Source of the DNA: Toensbergia leucococca
Taxonomy: Eukaryota
Length of the DNA stretch: 64,000 nucleotides
Direction of reading: 5' to 3'
Assembly: GCA_022813965.1 (NCBI GenBank)
Contig: JALDZS010000002.1
Coordinates: forward strand, 1-64,000
The translations under genes and the position numbers were made by a program. A model generated the notes under the pieces. It saw only the letters and a program-made list of their open reading frames with translations. It had not been told where the DNA came from and did not search any database. This document shows, in pieces, positions 9,406 through 21,949 of this stretch; position 1 is the stretch's first letter, and each line of letters opens with the position of its first letter.

Positions 9406-12400
9406 TTACATGAGCTCATCAACATCGTTATCCCATCCCAATCTCTCGTATATAGTTTCGTTAACATCATGTAACATCTGACTGCACTCTACCCTTTTCT
9501 GATCAGGAGCTTCCAGGGATGTATCAAGTATACTTGAGCTCTTGACTGGAGTCTCTTGGGCCCCTCTCGCGTGTCCGACATCCACCATAGTCTTCTTACT
9601 ACTTTTCAATGGGCTTTCATACATCACCGACGGCCATGACCGTGACTCGTAGGAGGATTTACTTCTTGAGCCTACCCCTGGTAGCTGGGGGATATTTTCT
9701 ATTGTTGCCAAGGAAGAAGAAAGTTGAGAGAGCCCATCACCATACTGTGCATCGTTGTGAGCGCTTGAAACGCCACTAGCTTGCCTTGATGGGCCTCGAC
9801 TGGGCGTTTCAGCAATTGTGGGTATCGTTTGCTGTTCCAGACCCTTTGATTTCCTAGGAGTGGTATGGAGCATACTCTGTGTTCTGAACAAAGAAGAAGG
9901 CACACGCATACTACCAAATGGCCCGACGTTCTCGGATTTTACGAGACTTGCCGTTGATGGCTGTGAAAAGCAATTGTAACCTGTGAAAACATCTCTCTGC
10001 CTGTTTCCTTTCGGTGTCGCCGTCACCTGAACGTCTTGGGCAAATGGATTTCTAACTGGGTTTCGGGACTCTGTAGAACTCAGTATATCATTATTAGCAA
10101 TGAGTGGTAGACACCTACTTCTCGACTTTGACACTGTCGCAGCAGCTCTCATCTCAGCAGACTCAACAAGCTCTCTGACGGCCATGCGAGGATTAGGTTT
10201 CTTCAGAGCCGCAATAGCTCCCTGAAGCTCTTGTTCAATGCTCGCTTTCTTTCTGAGCTTAGCCTCAGTGACCTGAGACACAGTCTTGAGATCGACTTCA
10301 CGCTGGCTATAGCGCTTCAAGTTGGGCATGACGTTTCTGCTTGCAGGGATTGCCATGAGTGACGAGTCACTCACTTCCCTCTTCAAGCTTGGGAGGACCG
10401 AGTCTGTGGTAGATCGCAACAGCGACGGTGGTGGCTTTTGCAAAGATAACCTCTCGTCTGTTAAGACACGCTCAAGTGTCCGCCGAGCCTTTCGAGTTGA
10501 AGGACGCTGGATGATAGTACCTGATTTGGGCAACATGATGGTGGTACTGGCAGCCTTTTTCAAGGGTGGACGAGGTGGAGAAGCGAGTGTTGGGCCTCCC
10601 AGCTTCTGACTGATCATAGCGCATCGATCAGGCAAACGCGCCCCGTAGCTTGCAATCATCAGCTAGAACACTGATTTTCAAAGGAGAAGAGACTCACAAT
10701 GGAAGAATTACATCGACGCAGAAATCCCGCAAGGGATCATTGTTAGGTCTTGTTTCTGCTGCTTTCTCTCCTCTTGGGGGGATGGTCCTCTGCATATCTC
10801 CAGTCATCTTACTATCTTCCGCGCTTGTTGAGTGCCATATGCAAAGTCGGTCTATCAATAGATCAATCAGCGTGTCAAGATTTTGTGGCTTCTTTGGTTT
10901 CGCTTTCTGAGCCTGAGTAGTAGTCTCTTCCTCTGTGACGCGTCCTCCAGGGAGACCCGGATCCACTCTTGGTTTGATATTCGAGGCCTCTAGAGCAAGA
11001 GTTTCTAGTACAATGATCATCTGCAATTGAGTCTCCCTAGCTCTTTGTTCAAGCATGGCTATTCTAGCTTCATCTTCCCTTACCTCCCGAGAAGCGTCGA
11101 GGCCGAACAAAGTGTCCCTACCGAACCACCACCGAGTGATGTTTACTACTTCACCCGGGTGTAGACCATCCTTTCCAATTTTTGCTTTTCTGGATTTACC
11201 AGCCTTTTTTTCTAAACCAGCCATAATTTGTTCACTTTCGTCTTCAGACAAAGCACCACCCGGAAGCACCTTGACTATTTCTGGCAGTGTTTCCCGGTAT
11301 TTTCGGTCCATCACAGCCAGAGACAGTATAATAGATCTCAAGTACGAGGTAAGGCAAGATGTGCTGGTCGGAGAGTCATTAGAATTGCTGAAAGCAGCGC
11401 GAGCTCGCGATAGCGGCCCCTTTGCAAAATATGCCAACGACGTCTGGTCTTGTCAGCGAAAGGTATAACAAACTTTGCCAGGCATCCTGCTCTTACTTTA
11501 GACATGTACAACGACTCTTGGTATTGATTTCTAATCATATCAAGTATCTCACCTGGAGGTGGCTCCTCGAAAAGTGGCTGCGGAGCGGTTTCTATCACAG
11601 CGTCTTCCAACGGAACACTGGCCGATTCCTGCGTGATTACTTCTGGATTCTTTGGTGCATGAACAACATCTGATAACATTTTGCATTCCGGCCGCTTCAA
11701 GCTCAGTCGAATCCAATTATTATCCTTTATTTTCTGCCTCTTGGGTTGCTCATGATGGGTGATCTCTTTCCCGCTGGAGACTGCCACCCGCCACCAATCG
11801 CTGCCTGTCTGCGGAGCTTCCCCTTCGCAAGAACTCCTTGGTTGGAGGACATGGCTCAAGTGTAAAGCTGATGAGTTCTCAAGCTGTTTCAAGGTCACCC
11901 AGTCGCTAAGCTTACACAACGCATATATGCCCAGCTGTACTCTCTCCACTGCATAGTAAGAAGCACTAGCATCTATTTCTGCGATAAGTACACTAGGTTG
12001 ATTTATATGCTCGCCCCTGTTTTGGGTTGGCTCCAGTGCTGGTATGCGCGCTGAGAAAAGTTTGGGCTTGGGAGACCCATGAACAGCACCGCAGATATCA
12101 AGGCAGACTAGCGGTAGGCAGGCTCGAGATATTAATAATCGAGGTATCAATCTCAAGGTATTATCGGATGAAGATGATGGATGGGCCTACAATGAGCAGC
12201 GACTATTAACCAGAGACATTCAGAAAGGGATCTAAAGACTCGACATACATGTATCACAAATGATTCTTGAAGATGGAATGAATCATCATCTTCACTATGC
12301 TTCCGTTTCCTCCTTGTTTGATGTATGCTAGGTCCAGCATTAATAGAGCTGTCTGTGAGGGGCGTCAAGATGCGTGATGGCTCTTTTTGTTTCGTATCTG

Positions 12401-12458
12401 GTGGATATAATTTTGGGCTGGGCATGCTGTTTGCAGTAGAACCACCGACATTGGGCAT
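9406..12458 (-). CDS. SLD3: DNA replication initiation factor Sld3-domain protein; multi-exon
   Basis: QYQESLYMSK / LAYFAKGPLSRARAAF, RETQLQMIIVLETLAL, LLIDRLCIW and LRDFCVDVILP match filamentous-fungal Sld3 blocks. The C-terminus is S/T-P-rich (candidate CDK sites). Four ORF segments are joined by GT-AG introns. Confidence 0.75.
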
Positions 12459-12490
12459 TCACAATGAAGCGATTCCCTGAAGCCTGGCTT

Positions 12491-12535
12491 ACGCGTTTGT
12501 TCGTACAGAGCAACGTTCGAGGGTTCCTGTCGCGT
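12491..12535. promoter_or_regulatory. MCB-like elements (ACGCGT, TCGCGT) just upstream of SLD3
   Basis: ACGCGT at 12491-12496 and TCGCGT at about 12530-12535. MCB is the G1/S MBF element, which fits a replication gene. Confidence 0.4.
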
Positions 12536-13165
12536 ATTCTATCGAAGCCCAGCCGCCAGTCGAGGAGTCGAACTAGTCGAGCTAGTCTACCTACACGACG
12601 ACACTACGGTAAACATCTTTCAACACATCAATTTCCCGTAATAGCGCCAATTCAAGGAATCTTCTCTTGTCTTCGGAGATCGCAGTCTAGAGCGGTAGCA
12701 GTAAGATAGATCCACCGTGAGGGAACCACCCGCTAGAGTGCAGCGAGTGAATGTCTCGCTTTACTCGCTGCTACAAGCCCTGAATTCTACCGAGTCCGGC
12801 GAAACACCATTACAGACTCCTAACAGACTGGACGCAGAGAACCCCCCATCATTTTAACGAGTAGGGCCGTATCACTCGTACGCAGAGCACATCAATTCAT
12901 CAGCAGGTAAAGCCGCAACTTGGGACAACAGCGTCTTGAATGATCCCCTCGGCCCATGAAACCATGCTCGACGTCGCACCTACTGATAAGCTAACATCTC
13001 TCGAGCTAATCAACCCACAACACCAAGAAAAATGCGAATTGCCAAACACCCCAAGCTCTGCGCAGAAATGCCAACAAAGACTCTCAAGCAGCCAAATTTC
13101 CCCCATTAGTAGCACCGAAATCTTGCCGAAGAAAGTCTCAATCAAGTATTCCTTCTTATTGCTAA

Positions 13166-15885
13166 TCAAGCCTTCAACCTCTTCTCTTCACATCCAACGC
13201 AGACAGGCCTCACCCCATCGCCCACTCCCCTAGTGAAGAACCTCCCATCCCCGAATCCCCCTCCGCATTCCTGTTTCTTTTATCAGCAAAAAGTATCCCT
13301 CCTTCCCCCAAATAATGGCAAGAACATACCAAACAACAGAAACAACCCTCATGCCATTCCCCACCCAGCGCCTTCACAACCACGTCCACAACCGGCCTTC
13401 TACATCCCTTACACTTGCCGCTAAATCTGCCCGTATGACACCCCACGCACCAAGCATACCCATCTTTCTCTACAAACGGCGTATTTGCGTCAAACGGATC
13501 TCCACACTCGGCACAAAAGAAATGTCCAACGTGCCATTCACCTCCACATGCCACAACCACCTCTCCCTCAATCGGTGTTTTGCAACTCCGACACCTCGGA
13601 CTGAACTTCTCGTGGAAATCCAAATGACAGTAGAACCTTAAACCATCGTCGCCATCGTCTTCCCACGTTTTTCCTTCTTCGCTGGATAGATCGACGCCGT
13701 TTTCGCGGGCTTGGATACGATCAAGGCGAGGCGAGCGAAAGGAGTCAGGCTCTGGGTAAAAGGCGACGCATTCCAGAAGTTCACCACATTGGAAGCAGGT
13801 GAAGCAGTGGGGGTGGAAGCGTTGGGTCGCAGCGCTGACTATTCGACCCGATATAGGAAGCGCACAAGCAGCACATTGGGCTGTGGCACGATGGTGACTC
13901 TGAGACTGAGACCAATGGGTAGTGGAGGTAGGAATCGGAGCGGTGGAGGAGTGGTGAGGTAAGGGACGACTCATAGGGCTAAGATGGGTCGTAGTGACTG
14001 GGTCTGGAAGAGGACGCGATGACATGCTGTCATCTGACACGGCGATCGTTGGTATTTCAGCGGATGAGACGGAGATCAATGGCATAGAGGGGATGCGGCT
14101 GGCTGGGTGGGTCGGAGTGTTTTTCACTTGAATTGATGGCGGTTCAGGAAAGCTGATGGTCGGAATTAGTGGTGCTGATGCAATGGATTCCGGAAGACGA
14201 GGCTTGGCGGAAAGCCTGGACGACACACTGCTTGGTCCGTTTCGACTCGAAGGACGTCCAAGGGAAGATGCTTCGTGCTTGATCTCAATTTCTCGAGGTC
14301 TCCATTCTTGATCGAAGCTTACAATTGGTCTTCCCGGGCCGTTACTAATGGCTGTGGGTGTGTGTAACTTCGGGCTTCTATCCTTCAATCGCATACTGGT
14401 AGCTGTTCGAATATCGTCACTCCGGATTTCAAGATTGTTCTTCATGCCTGTCTTCTTTGCGTTCATATCGCTGTCGCTAGCACTTGCACCTGATTCAGGC
14501 GGAGTCGGAGGAAGTGCATTGCGTACATAGGATGGGTTCCGAGATTGAGATGGCGGGTTCCTATGAATTTCAAAACGCGAGAGCCTCTTCTTCTCTTCCA
14601 CTGGGGCAGTTTCAGAGCGTACTAGTGGATCTCTAGCAAATTGGATCTTGGAGCTTGAATTACGAGTCCTCCACTTGAGTGGCGCAATTACCAGGTCTTT
14701 CTCTTGTGCCGCAAGATTGACAACTCCTACAAGCTCTTCCGGTTCTTCATATATCTGGTCATTGGGGTTCCTGAAGAGACCTTTGCCGCCTTCGCCGCTT
14801 ACATTCCTCGACTTGGGTCCGCTACTTCGACGGCGCGAAAACGTCTTGGAAGGAGGCATTGGGAAGGTGATATTCATGTAAGACTTTTCCTTTGGTGATT
14901 CCCGAAGATTATTTTCGTTGGAGCGGTCGACCTGGGTCTCGTCTGAACCAGCTACGCCGTGGGACTTTGCAGGATGAACCGGAATGTACCCACCTCGTAG
15001 TTCTTTGCTATCGCTTCCTTCAAGGGCCGACTTTTCAAAGATCGATCGGTGACTCGGTTCACGAGATTTCTTCGCCAGGCCAGACCCGGTGTGTGGCGCA
15101 AGGCTTTGACTTCTGACATGGCTCCCTTGATCCAATGGCCCTTGATAACGGTATGCGGTATCCAGGCTTTTACGGGCACCTTCAGGGTTCTGATGCTTCC
15201 ATACAAGCTCTGAGGCTTCTTCTTGGGCCGCTGCATGCAATCGCTGCTCATGTTGCAAGTCCATATCCTCCAGTGCTTCCCTCAAGGACCGAGCTTCTTG
15301 CTTTTCCATCCAGCGCTGCTCTCTTTCCACATATGTACCACTTGAAATGACCCTAGACATCTTGGAGGCATTGGAAATGCCTCGCGTGCCGGTTCCCGCG
15401 TGTGGTTGCTGGACCAAAGACCGGCCCATTTTGACAGTAGTTCCATCTACCGGGGGAATTGTTGAGACGGCTCGTCGATGAGACATTGCGCTCGAGCATC
15501 GATCAGGTCCGTTTGGTGCTGTTGAATTAGTTTGCCGTGTGGAGCAAAGGGTCCTTGACATAGCTGACGTTGTTCTTGCGGAAGGCTCCACTTGAGGTGT
15601 AGTTGTGAAAGTGACCTTACGTTCAGGCAGAGGCCTAGAGCCAGTCGGACGAGCGGGTCGATTCGAGCGAAGATCTGTGAGGAACTCGGCTGTCCATGCT
15701 TTCTGTGGGTCTATACTTGGCGCAGGTCTCGATGCTGATGACGAAGCAAAGAATTTCAACGTAGAAGAACGAGGATGGGGATTATTCGCAGCAGGTAGCG
15801 AACCATCCCCCCCTGAGATCGCCAACAACGGACCAGGAATATGGGTATGGCCGGCGTGGTCTTTTTCCCTTCCTCTATGGAGCAT
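13166..15885 (-). CDS. LIM-domain protein (paxillin/Pxl1-like) with a long low-complexity N-terminus and 3 C-terminal LIM domains; 2 exons
   Basis: CAACALPI...FHPHCFTCFQC, CRSCKTPI...WHVGHFFCAEC and CKGCRRPV...WHEGCFCC. A short intron near 13330-13272 gives the terminal exon ECGGGFGDGRFF...VCVGCEEKRLKA* (stop at 13168-13166). Confidence 0.85.
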
Positions 15886-16591
15886 GCTGATGCAGTGATG
15901 AATAAGGTGACAGCATCGATGATGAAGGATAAAAAGATTTATTCGTATAAGCAGTAAAGAGTGCGTAAGGTAAGATGTACTTCTAAGTTTAAGTGAGTCA
16001 AGGGCAAGTCTCAGGCATTATGATTGGGATCATAATGGGAGTGGGGATGGATAACTGTGTAAGACAAGTTCTGTCTATTCTATGTAGAGCTAGGGTGTTG
16101 GCAGCATTCCCGCGAGGAACATTTTTTTGCGTGTCAACACGCCAAATTTCCCCAGCAACGACAGGCGGGGGATTAAGGTTTCAGAACGGCGTCTGAGACT
16201 CGCGTGAACCTTGCAGGGCGCCATGAAGACGTGTATCTGTATCGCAATCCAGACATGATGCATGTTGACTGGTCAGCCAAGATTCCGGCCTCGAAGTTGG
16301 ACAAATTTTCTTTCCATGGAGGAGATCATGGAAAGTTCAATTACGAGCAGAATAGGATGATTAGAATATCATCTTGTGCCGTCTCCAACTTCGGCTACCG
16401 GCACGACAAGCGAGCAAAAGAGAAGCTTTTCCCCAATACGGATACCTATTCGATGACATAATGAGGGCAAGAGAGACGAGGGAGAGGACGCTTTTGATTC
16501 AGAATTATTCTATGGCGTCTCATGCTTGGTCAATAAGTACAGGTACCTTAGATATACTCTGTACTCGTAGCACTCATTCGTCAATTCCGGC

Positions 16592-18246
16592 ATGGCTAGC
16601 AATCAATCGTTGAAACACTCAGAGACCGCTCCCACCTCTCCTGACAAAGAGCAGCAGACAAACACAGGGACTAATACACAGCATGATCCACCTGACGGAG
16701 GCTACGGCTGGGTATGTGTTGCTTGTACCTTCCTTATCAACGCACATACCTGGGGAATCAACTCAGTCTGTCTACCAATACTCTCAACCTTCCGCGATTA
16801 TGCTGATATACTGGAAAGTCCTACGGCATATTCCTAGCTCATTACTTGGCTAAAAACACCTACCCAGGTGCAACCTACCTAGAGTAAGAGACACCAGTCC
16901 GAGATAGCATGTGTCGGATGGTTGACTGCTCATTTATAGATATGCATTTGTGGGAGGGCTTTCCATCTCTCAGGCACTTCTCATCTCACCACTCGCAACA
17001 TACACAACCCGTTCGTATGGTACACGAATCACCTTGCTTGTTGGCGTGTGTTTCGAGGCTCTGGCCTTGATTGGCGCCTCCTTTTCCACTCAAATATGGC
17101 AGCTTTTCTTGAGTCAGGGCCTATGTTTCGGGTAAGATATTAGATCTGTAGCACCTATGTAGTCTTGTTCCAACTAATTATCGTCTGGGGCTACTCCAGA
17201 TTCGGCATGGGCTTCCTCTTTGTCGGCTCCGTTGGAATCATTCCTCAATGGTTTACCAAAAAAAGGAGCCTAGCTAATGGTGTGGCTACTGCGGGCAGTG
17301 GATTCGGGGGTATGATGTACAGCTTGGCGACCAACGCTATGATTCAGAACATCAGCCTAGGATGGGCTTTTAGAATCTTGGGGATCCTGGCCTTTGTAGT
17401 AAACTTCATCTGTGCCATCCTCATCAAGGACCGAAATAAAGCAATCGGAACCTCGCAATTGGCTTTTGACTATCGATTGTTTAAGAGATCCGAGTTTCTA
17501 CTCGTCCTTGGCTGGGGCTTTTTCAGTATGTTAGGTTACATTGTTCTTCTCTTTTCTCTGCCCAACTACGCCTTGAGCATTGGCTTGAGTCCGAGCCAAG
17601 GTTCTATCATTGGCGCGCTGCTCAACCTCGGGCAAGGGCTAGGCCGTCCTGCAGTCGGCATCTTCAGTGATTCTGCTGGCCGCATCAATATCGCGGGATT
17701 CCTGACCTTCATCTGCGGCCTCCTTTGCTTTGTGGTGTGGATTTTCGCGAAAACCTTTGGCGTTCTGATCTTCTTCGCCATTATCGTTGGAACACTGGCG
17801 GGTACTTTCTGGACTACTATTGCACCCGTTGGAGCTGAAGTTGTAGGTTTAAAAGAGTTACCTTCAGCTCTATCTATCACATGGGTAGTGCTTGTGCTTC
17901 CGACTACTTGTCAGTACCGCTGTTAGGAGAGCATGAAGGAGTCGCTAATTTCTTTATAGTCTCTGAGCCTATCGGTCTCAAGCTTCGAAAAACTAGTGGT
18001 GATGTGTATCTTTATGCACAGATCTTCACCGGGTTTATGTATATTGCTGCTGCTCTATGTATGTGGTTTTTGCGAGCTTGGAAGGTTGGAGAATTAGAGC
18101 AGATCGCAGCGGAGCACAACAAATCATTAGAGAGTGTTGACGCAACATCCGATCAAACCCTAAAGGAGCACATCATCAATCCTTCGAGAGGTCGAGAATA
18201 TAAATCGAGCCTTGTGAAACGGCTCTTCAGGCGAATAAGGGTATGA
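16592..18246 (+). CDS. MFS monocarboxylate-transporter-like permease (MCH/MCT family); multi-exon
   Basis: PPDGGYGWVCV N-terminal signature, QWFTKKRSLANG motif, and multiple hydrophobic helices across spliced ORF pieces. Confidence 0.88.
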
Positions 18247-18614
18247 ATTAAATCAAGTATTTTAGCGGAGGATTCTGTAGCTGCATTTCGAAGGGCTCAG
18301 ACATACGATATATGTTAGATTTGCTGTGAGCTGATTCTATGTACCATTAGGAAAAGGGATTTCTGAGTCTGGTCGTGAATTCGGTTTCTCCTGAATGACT
18401 CGAATGGTATTCATAAAATTGGCGTAGTCGGATAGGGGGTCGAGGATGTCTGTGGCGCCAAGGCCGCACTCGCTAAGCTTCTACCCTACAACACCCACGG
18501 GACACCAAGACATCAACATCAACATCAACAACTGTACGCATACTCAATACCGCGCTCCAACTTACATTCATAAACCTCGCCGAAACATACCCATCTTTCT
18601 CATCAAGTGTCAAA

Positions 18615-20463
18615 ATGCGCGAAATCGTAAGTCTATCTATTCTTCGCTTTATTGTCAACCACGGGCGCGGATTTCTGTACGCGTCTCGTTCACCCTGAAT
18701 ACCCCACCACCGCAAGAGACTTGTGCCTATAGCTAACTGTCGTCTTCAACATACAGGTCCATCTTCAGACCGGCCAATGTGTATGTCATGCTGTGAATGC
18801 TGCTTCGATCAGTCACTGACATTTCGCAGGGTAACCAAATTGGTGCAGCCTTCTGGTAAGCCTTCCTCCAGGACGTCGGACGCGTTTTCGAGCAGGGTCC
18901 TGATATAATCGAGCAGGCAAACCATATCTGGCGAGCATGGTCTAGATGGCTCTGGACGGTAAATTACGCCTGGCATTCTTGTACGAGTTCCGTACACTAA
19001 TTTTTTTCAGATACCAAGGTACCTCCGATATCCAGCTTGAGCGTATGAACGTATATTTCAACGAGGTATGAGCTCCCGTGTATTTAAGCCATGATCACCC
19101 TGAAACTTAACGCATTGTAGGCAAGTAACAACAAATATGTTCCACGTGCTGTTCTCGTCGACCTTGAACCGGGTACCATGGAAGCTGTTCGTGCCGGCCC
19201 TTTCGGTGAACTCTTCCGTCCCGACAACTTTGTCTACGGTCAATCTGGTGCTGGTAACAACTGGGCGAAGGGCCATTACACTGAAGGTGCAGAGTTGGTG
19301 GACCAGGTACTTGACGTGGTTCGTCGTGAAGCCGAAGGCTGCGACTGTCTTCAGGGATTTCAGATCACCCATTCGTTGGGTGGAGGTACTGGTGCTGGTA
19401 TGGGCACGTTGTTGATTTCGAAAATTCGCGAGGAATTTCCGGACCGAATGATGGCTACATTTTCCGTTGTTCCTTCACCCAAAGTGTCCGATACTGTGGT
19501 TGAGCCATACAATGCCACACTCTCGGTCCATCAATTGGTCGAGAACTCAGACGAGACTTTTTGTATCGACAATGAGGTATGACTTTCGTCACAGAGGTGA
19601 CAAACGACACTAACAGAGACAGGCGCTCTACGATATTTGCCAGCGCACCTTAAAGCTGTCCCAACCAACCTATGGTGATCTCAATCATCTCGTTTCCGCA
19701 GTCATGTCTGGTGTGACAACTTGCCTTCGCTTCCCTGGTCAGCTGAACTCTGACCTTCGAAAATTGGCCGTCAACATGGTTCCTTTTCCTCGTCTTCACT
19801 TTTTCATGGTTGGCTTCGCTCCCCTCACTAGCCGTGGCGCCTCCTCTTTCCGCGCCGTTACTGTACCGGAATTAACACAGCAAATGTTCGATCCTAAGAA
19901 TATGATGGCTGCATCCGACTTTAGAAATGGTCGTTACCTAACATGCTCTGCTATCTTGTGAGTGTTCGCTTCTGCTGTTTGAAGATCTAGACTGCTTACG
20001 ATTTTGCAGCCGTGGCAAAGTCTCCATGAAGGAGGTAGAGGACCAGATTCAGAATGTGCAGAAGAAGAACTCGTCATACTTCGTCGAATGGATCCCGAAT
20101 AACGTCCAAACCGCCTTATGCTCTATCCCTCCCCGTGGGCTGAAGATGTCTTCGACTTTTGTCGGCAATTCGACATCCATCCAGGAATTGTTCAAACGCG
20201 TTGGTGACCAATTCACTGCCATGTTCCGTCGCAAGGCTTTCTTGCATTGGTATACAGGAGAAGGAATGGACGAGATGGAATTTACCGAAGCGGAGAGTAA
20301 TATGAACGACTTGGTCTCGGAGTACCAACAGTACCAAGAGGCGTCGGTTTCCGAGGGTGAAGAAGAGTAGTAAGTTGGTCCATTGCTTTACGTGTTCCTT
20401 CGGCCTCACTGACAACTTTGGTTTCACAGTGAGGAGGAGGCTCCTTTGGAGAACGACGAATAG
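18615..20463 (+). CDS. TUB2: Beta-tubulin; 9 exons
   Basis: [21 protein letters not shown] micro-exons, GGGTGAG signature, [14 protein letters not shown], and an acidic tail [14 protein letters not shown] after a final intron (stop at 20461-20463). Confidence 0.98.
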
Positions 20464-21949
20464 TCGGGCGATGATTTAAGGTTCCCTCCCACTCTTCTTT
20501 GCAAAGAGGATGGGCAGCGCAGCCCGAAGCGATTACTTGTTCGCACGATTGATGGTTATCATGCGGTTCAGTCTGATTTCTCGTATGAGAGCGAATATTT
20601 GACGTAGCAAGCGTCTCTGGAGTCACACGAAAGATTCTATGATCAATTAAGTGATACATGAATGATCCTGCATTTCTTGACTGTGAGGTAAATGTCAGTG
20701 GCCAATACCATTCATGCACTATCAGCTCTGCTAGATGCCTAAGCATCATGTCTGACAACAGGGCATCGCCGGCAAGCAGGAATTCCTCGGTGCTCGTTTC
20801 CCAAGATACAATTGAGTCATCATTTTCATTGGTCCACTTGCTGACAGCCCGAGATACAGTTGCATTATACCTGTTCCATCTTGTCTTTGGGTAGTTGTTG
20901 AGTTCTCTCTTTATTGTCCAGATGGTCATTGAACAATGTAATTCTCGTTCTCTTGGTTTTACGAGTACTTCTTTTGTAGAGATTCCTCCCATGTCTCTAG
21001 AATATAGCATATGCTTAGATTTAAAGTCGGTCTAAAGAAGAGCTCCGCACATTCAAGACCACCGTGAACGGCACCATGGGCGTTTCTAGATGATGCTAAG
21101 CAGATGAAAAGCGATGTCTCTACCACCCAAGATAAAGCTCTCGAACTTTGCCAGAATCTGTTTCATCTGAGCTATTGAGGAACTCTATGCGTCAATCACT
21201 GTCGTTTCTCCAAGAGAAATTGACTGAGCAACCATTCACTTGATAGTAGGGATCCTAGGAAACATCGACCGCAACTCTTCGAAAAAAAAAAGGGACACGG
21301 AGCTTATCCACAGACTCTACCTACGCCCGCTCCGTCCAGAAACCTTTACCCTTCATTTTTAAAAATACCCTCTACCATCTTCAACTCTGGACATAGCACT
21401 TCCCAAAAAAAACATACCGGCACTCTCGACCTTCCCTACGATCAAGCTATCAATAAAGACTCCTTCATGGGTCTCAGATTCTTTGCTATGAGATACCCAG
21501 CTCGAGAGATGGAATTGACCGATCTGAACTTGCCTGACTGCGTCTCATATATTAAAAAATGTAAAATAACTTGACGGAGATATCACGGGTCTATGAAGTG
21601 AGAACATAATCGAAGAGTCTTTTCTCTGAAGAACATCTAGTACTGAGCCAGGCATGGAAAGCCTTTCTCAGCGCGATTGCTGCCACTCATGTCACACAAT
21701 GCGATATCTACCCAACGCAAATCGAGACATCCTGCCACTTCATGACTATCCCCATTCCCAAGTGCTCTCTCCAAGCCCTCGTTATCACTCCTACTCCCTC
21801 TACACAAACCCATCTCCAAACCCCCTTCTTCCAATCTATTGACAACAAGTCCCCAATAAATGGAAAATGGCGCCATCAGGGCGTCGCGTGGTCATCAGAT
21901 TCGAGTACGAGGAGTGGTAATGCTGGAATGGGAGGCATTTCAGACCGGG

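Noticed and set aside
12640..12830. Resemblance to SRP RNA (CTGTAATGG on the - strand) or to the RNase P 3' motif
   Set aside because: No SRP helix-8 motif and no RNase P P4 partner strand could be found.
20282..21010. 242-aa minus-strand ORF overlapping the beta-tubulin 3' end
   Set aside because: No recognisable motif, and it runs antisense into the tubulin exons. It could be a remnant but is unsupported.
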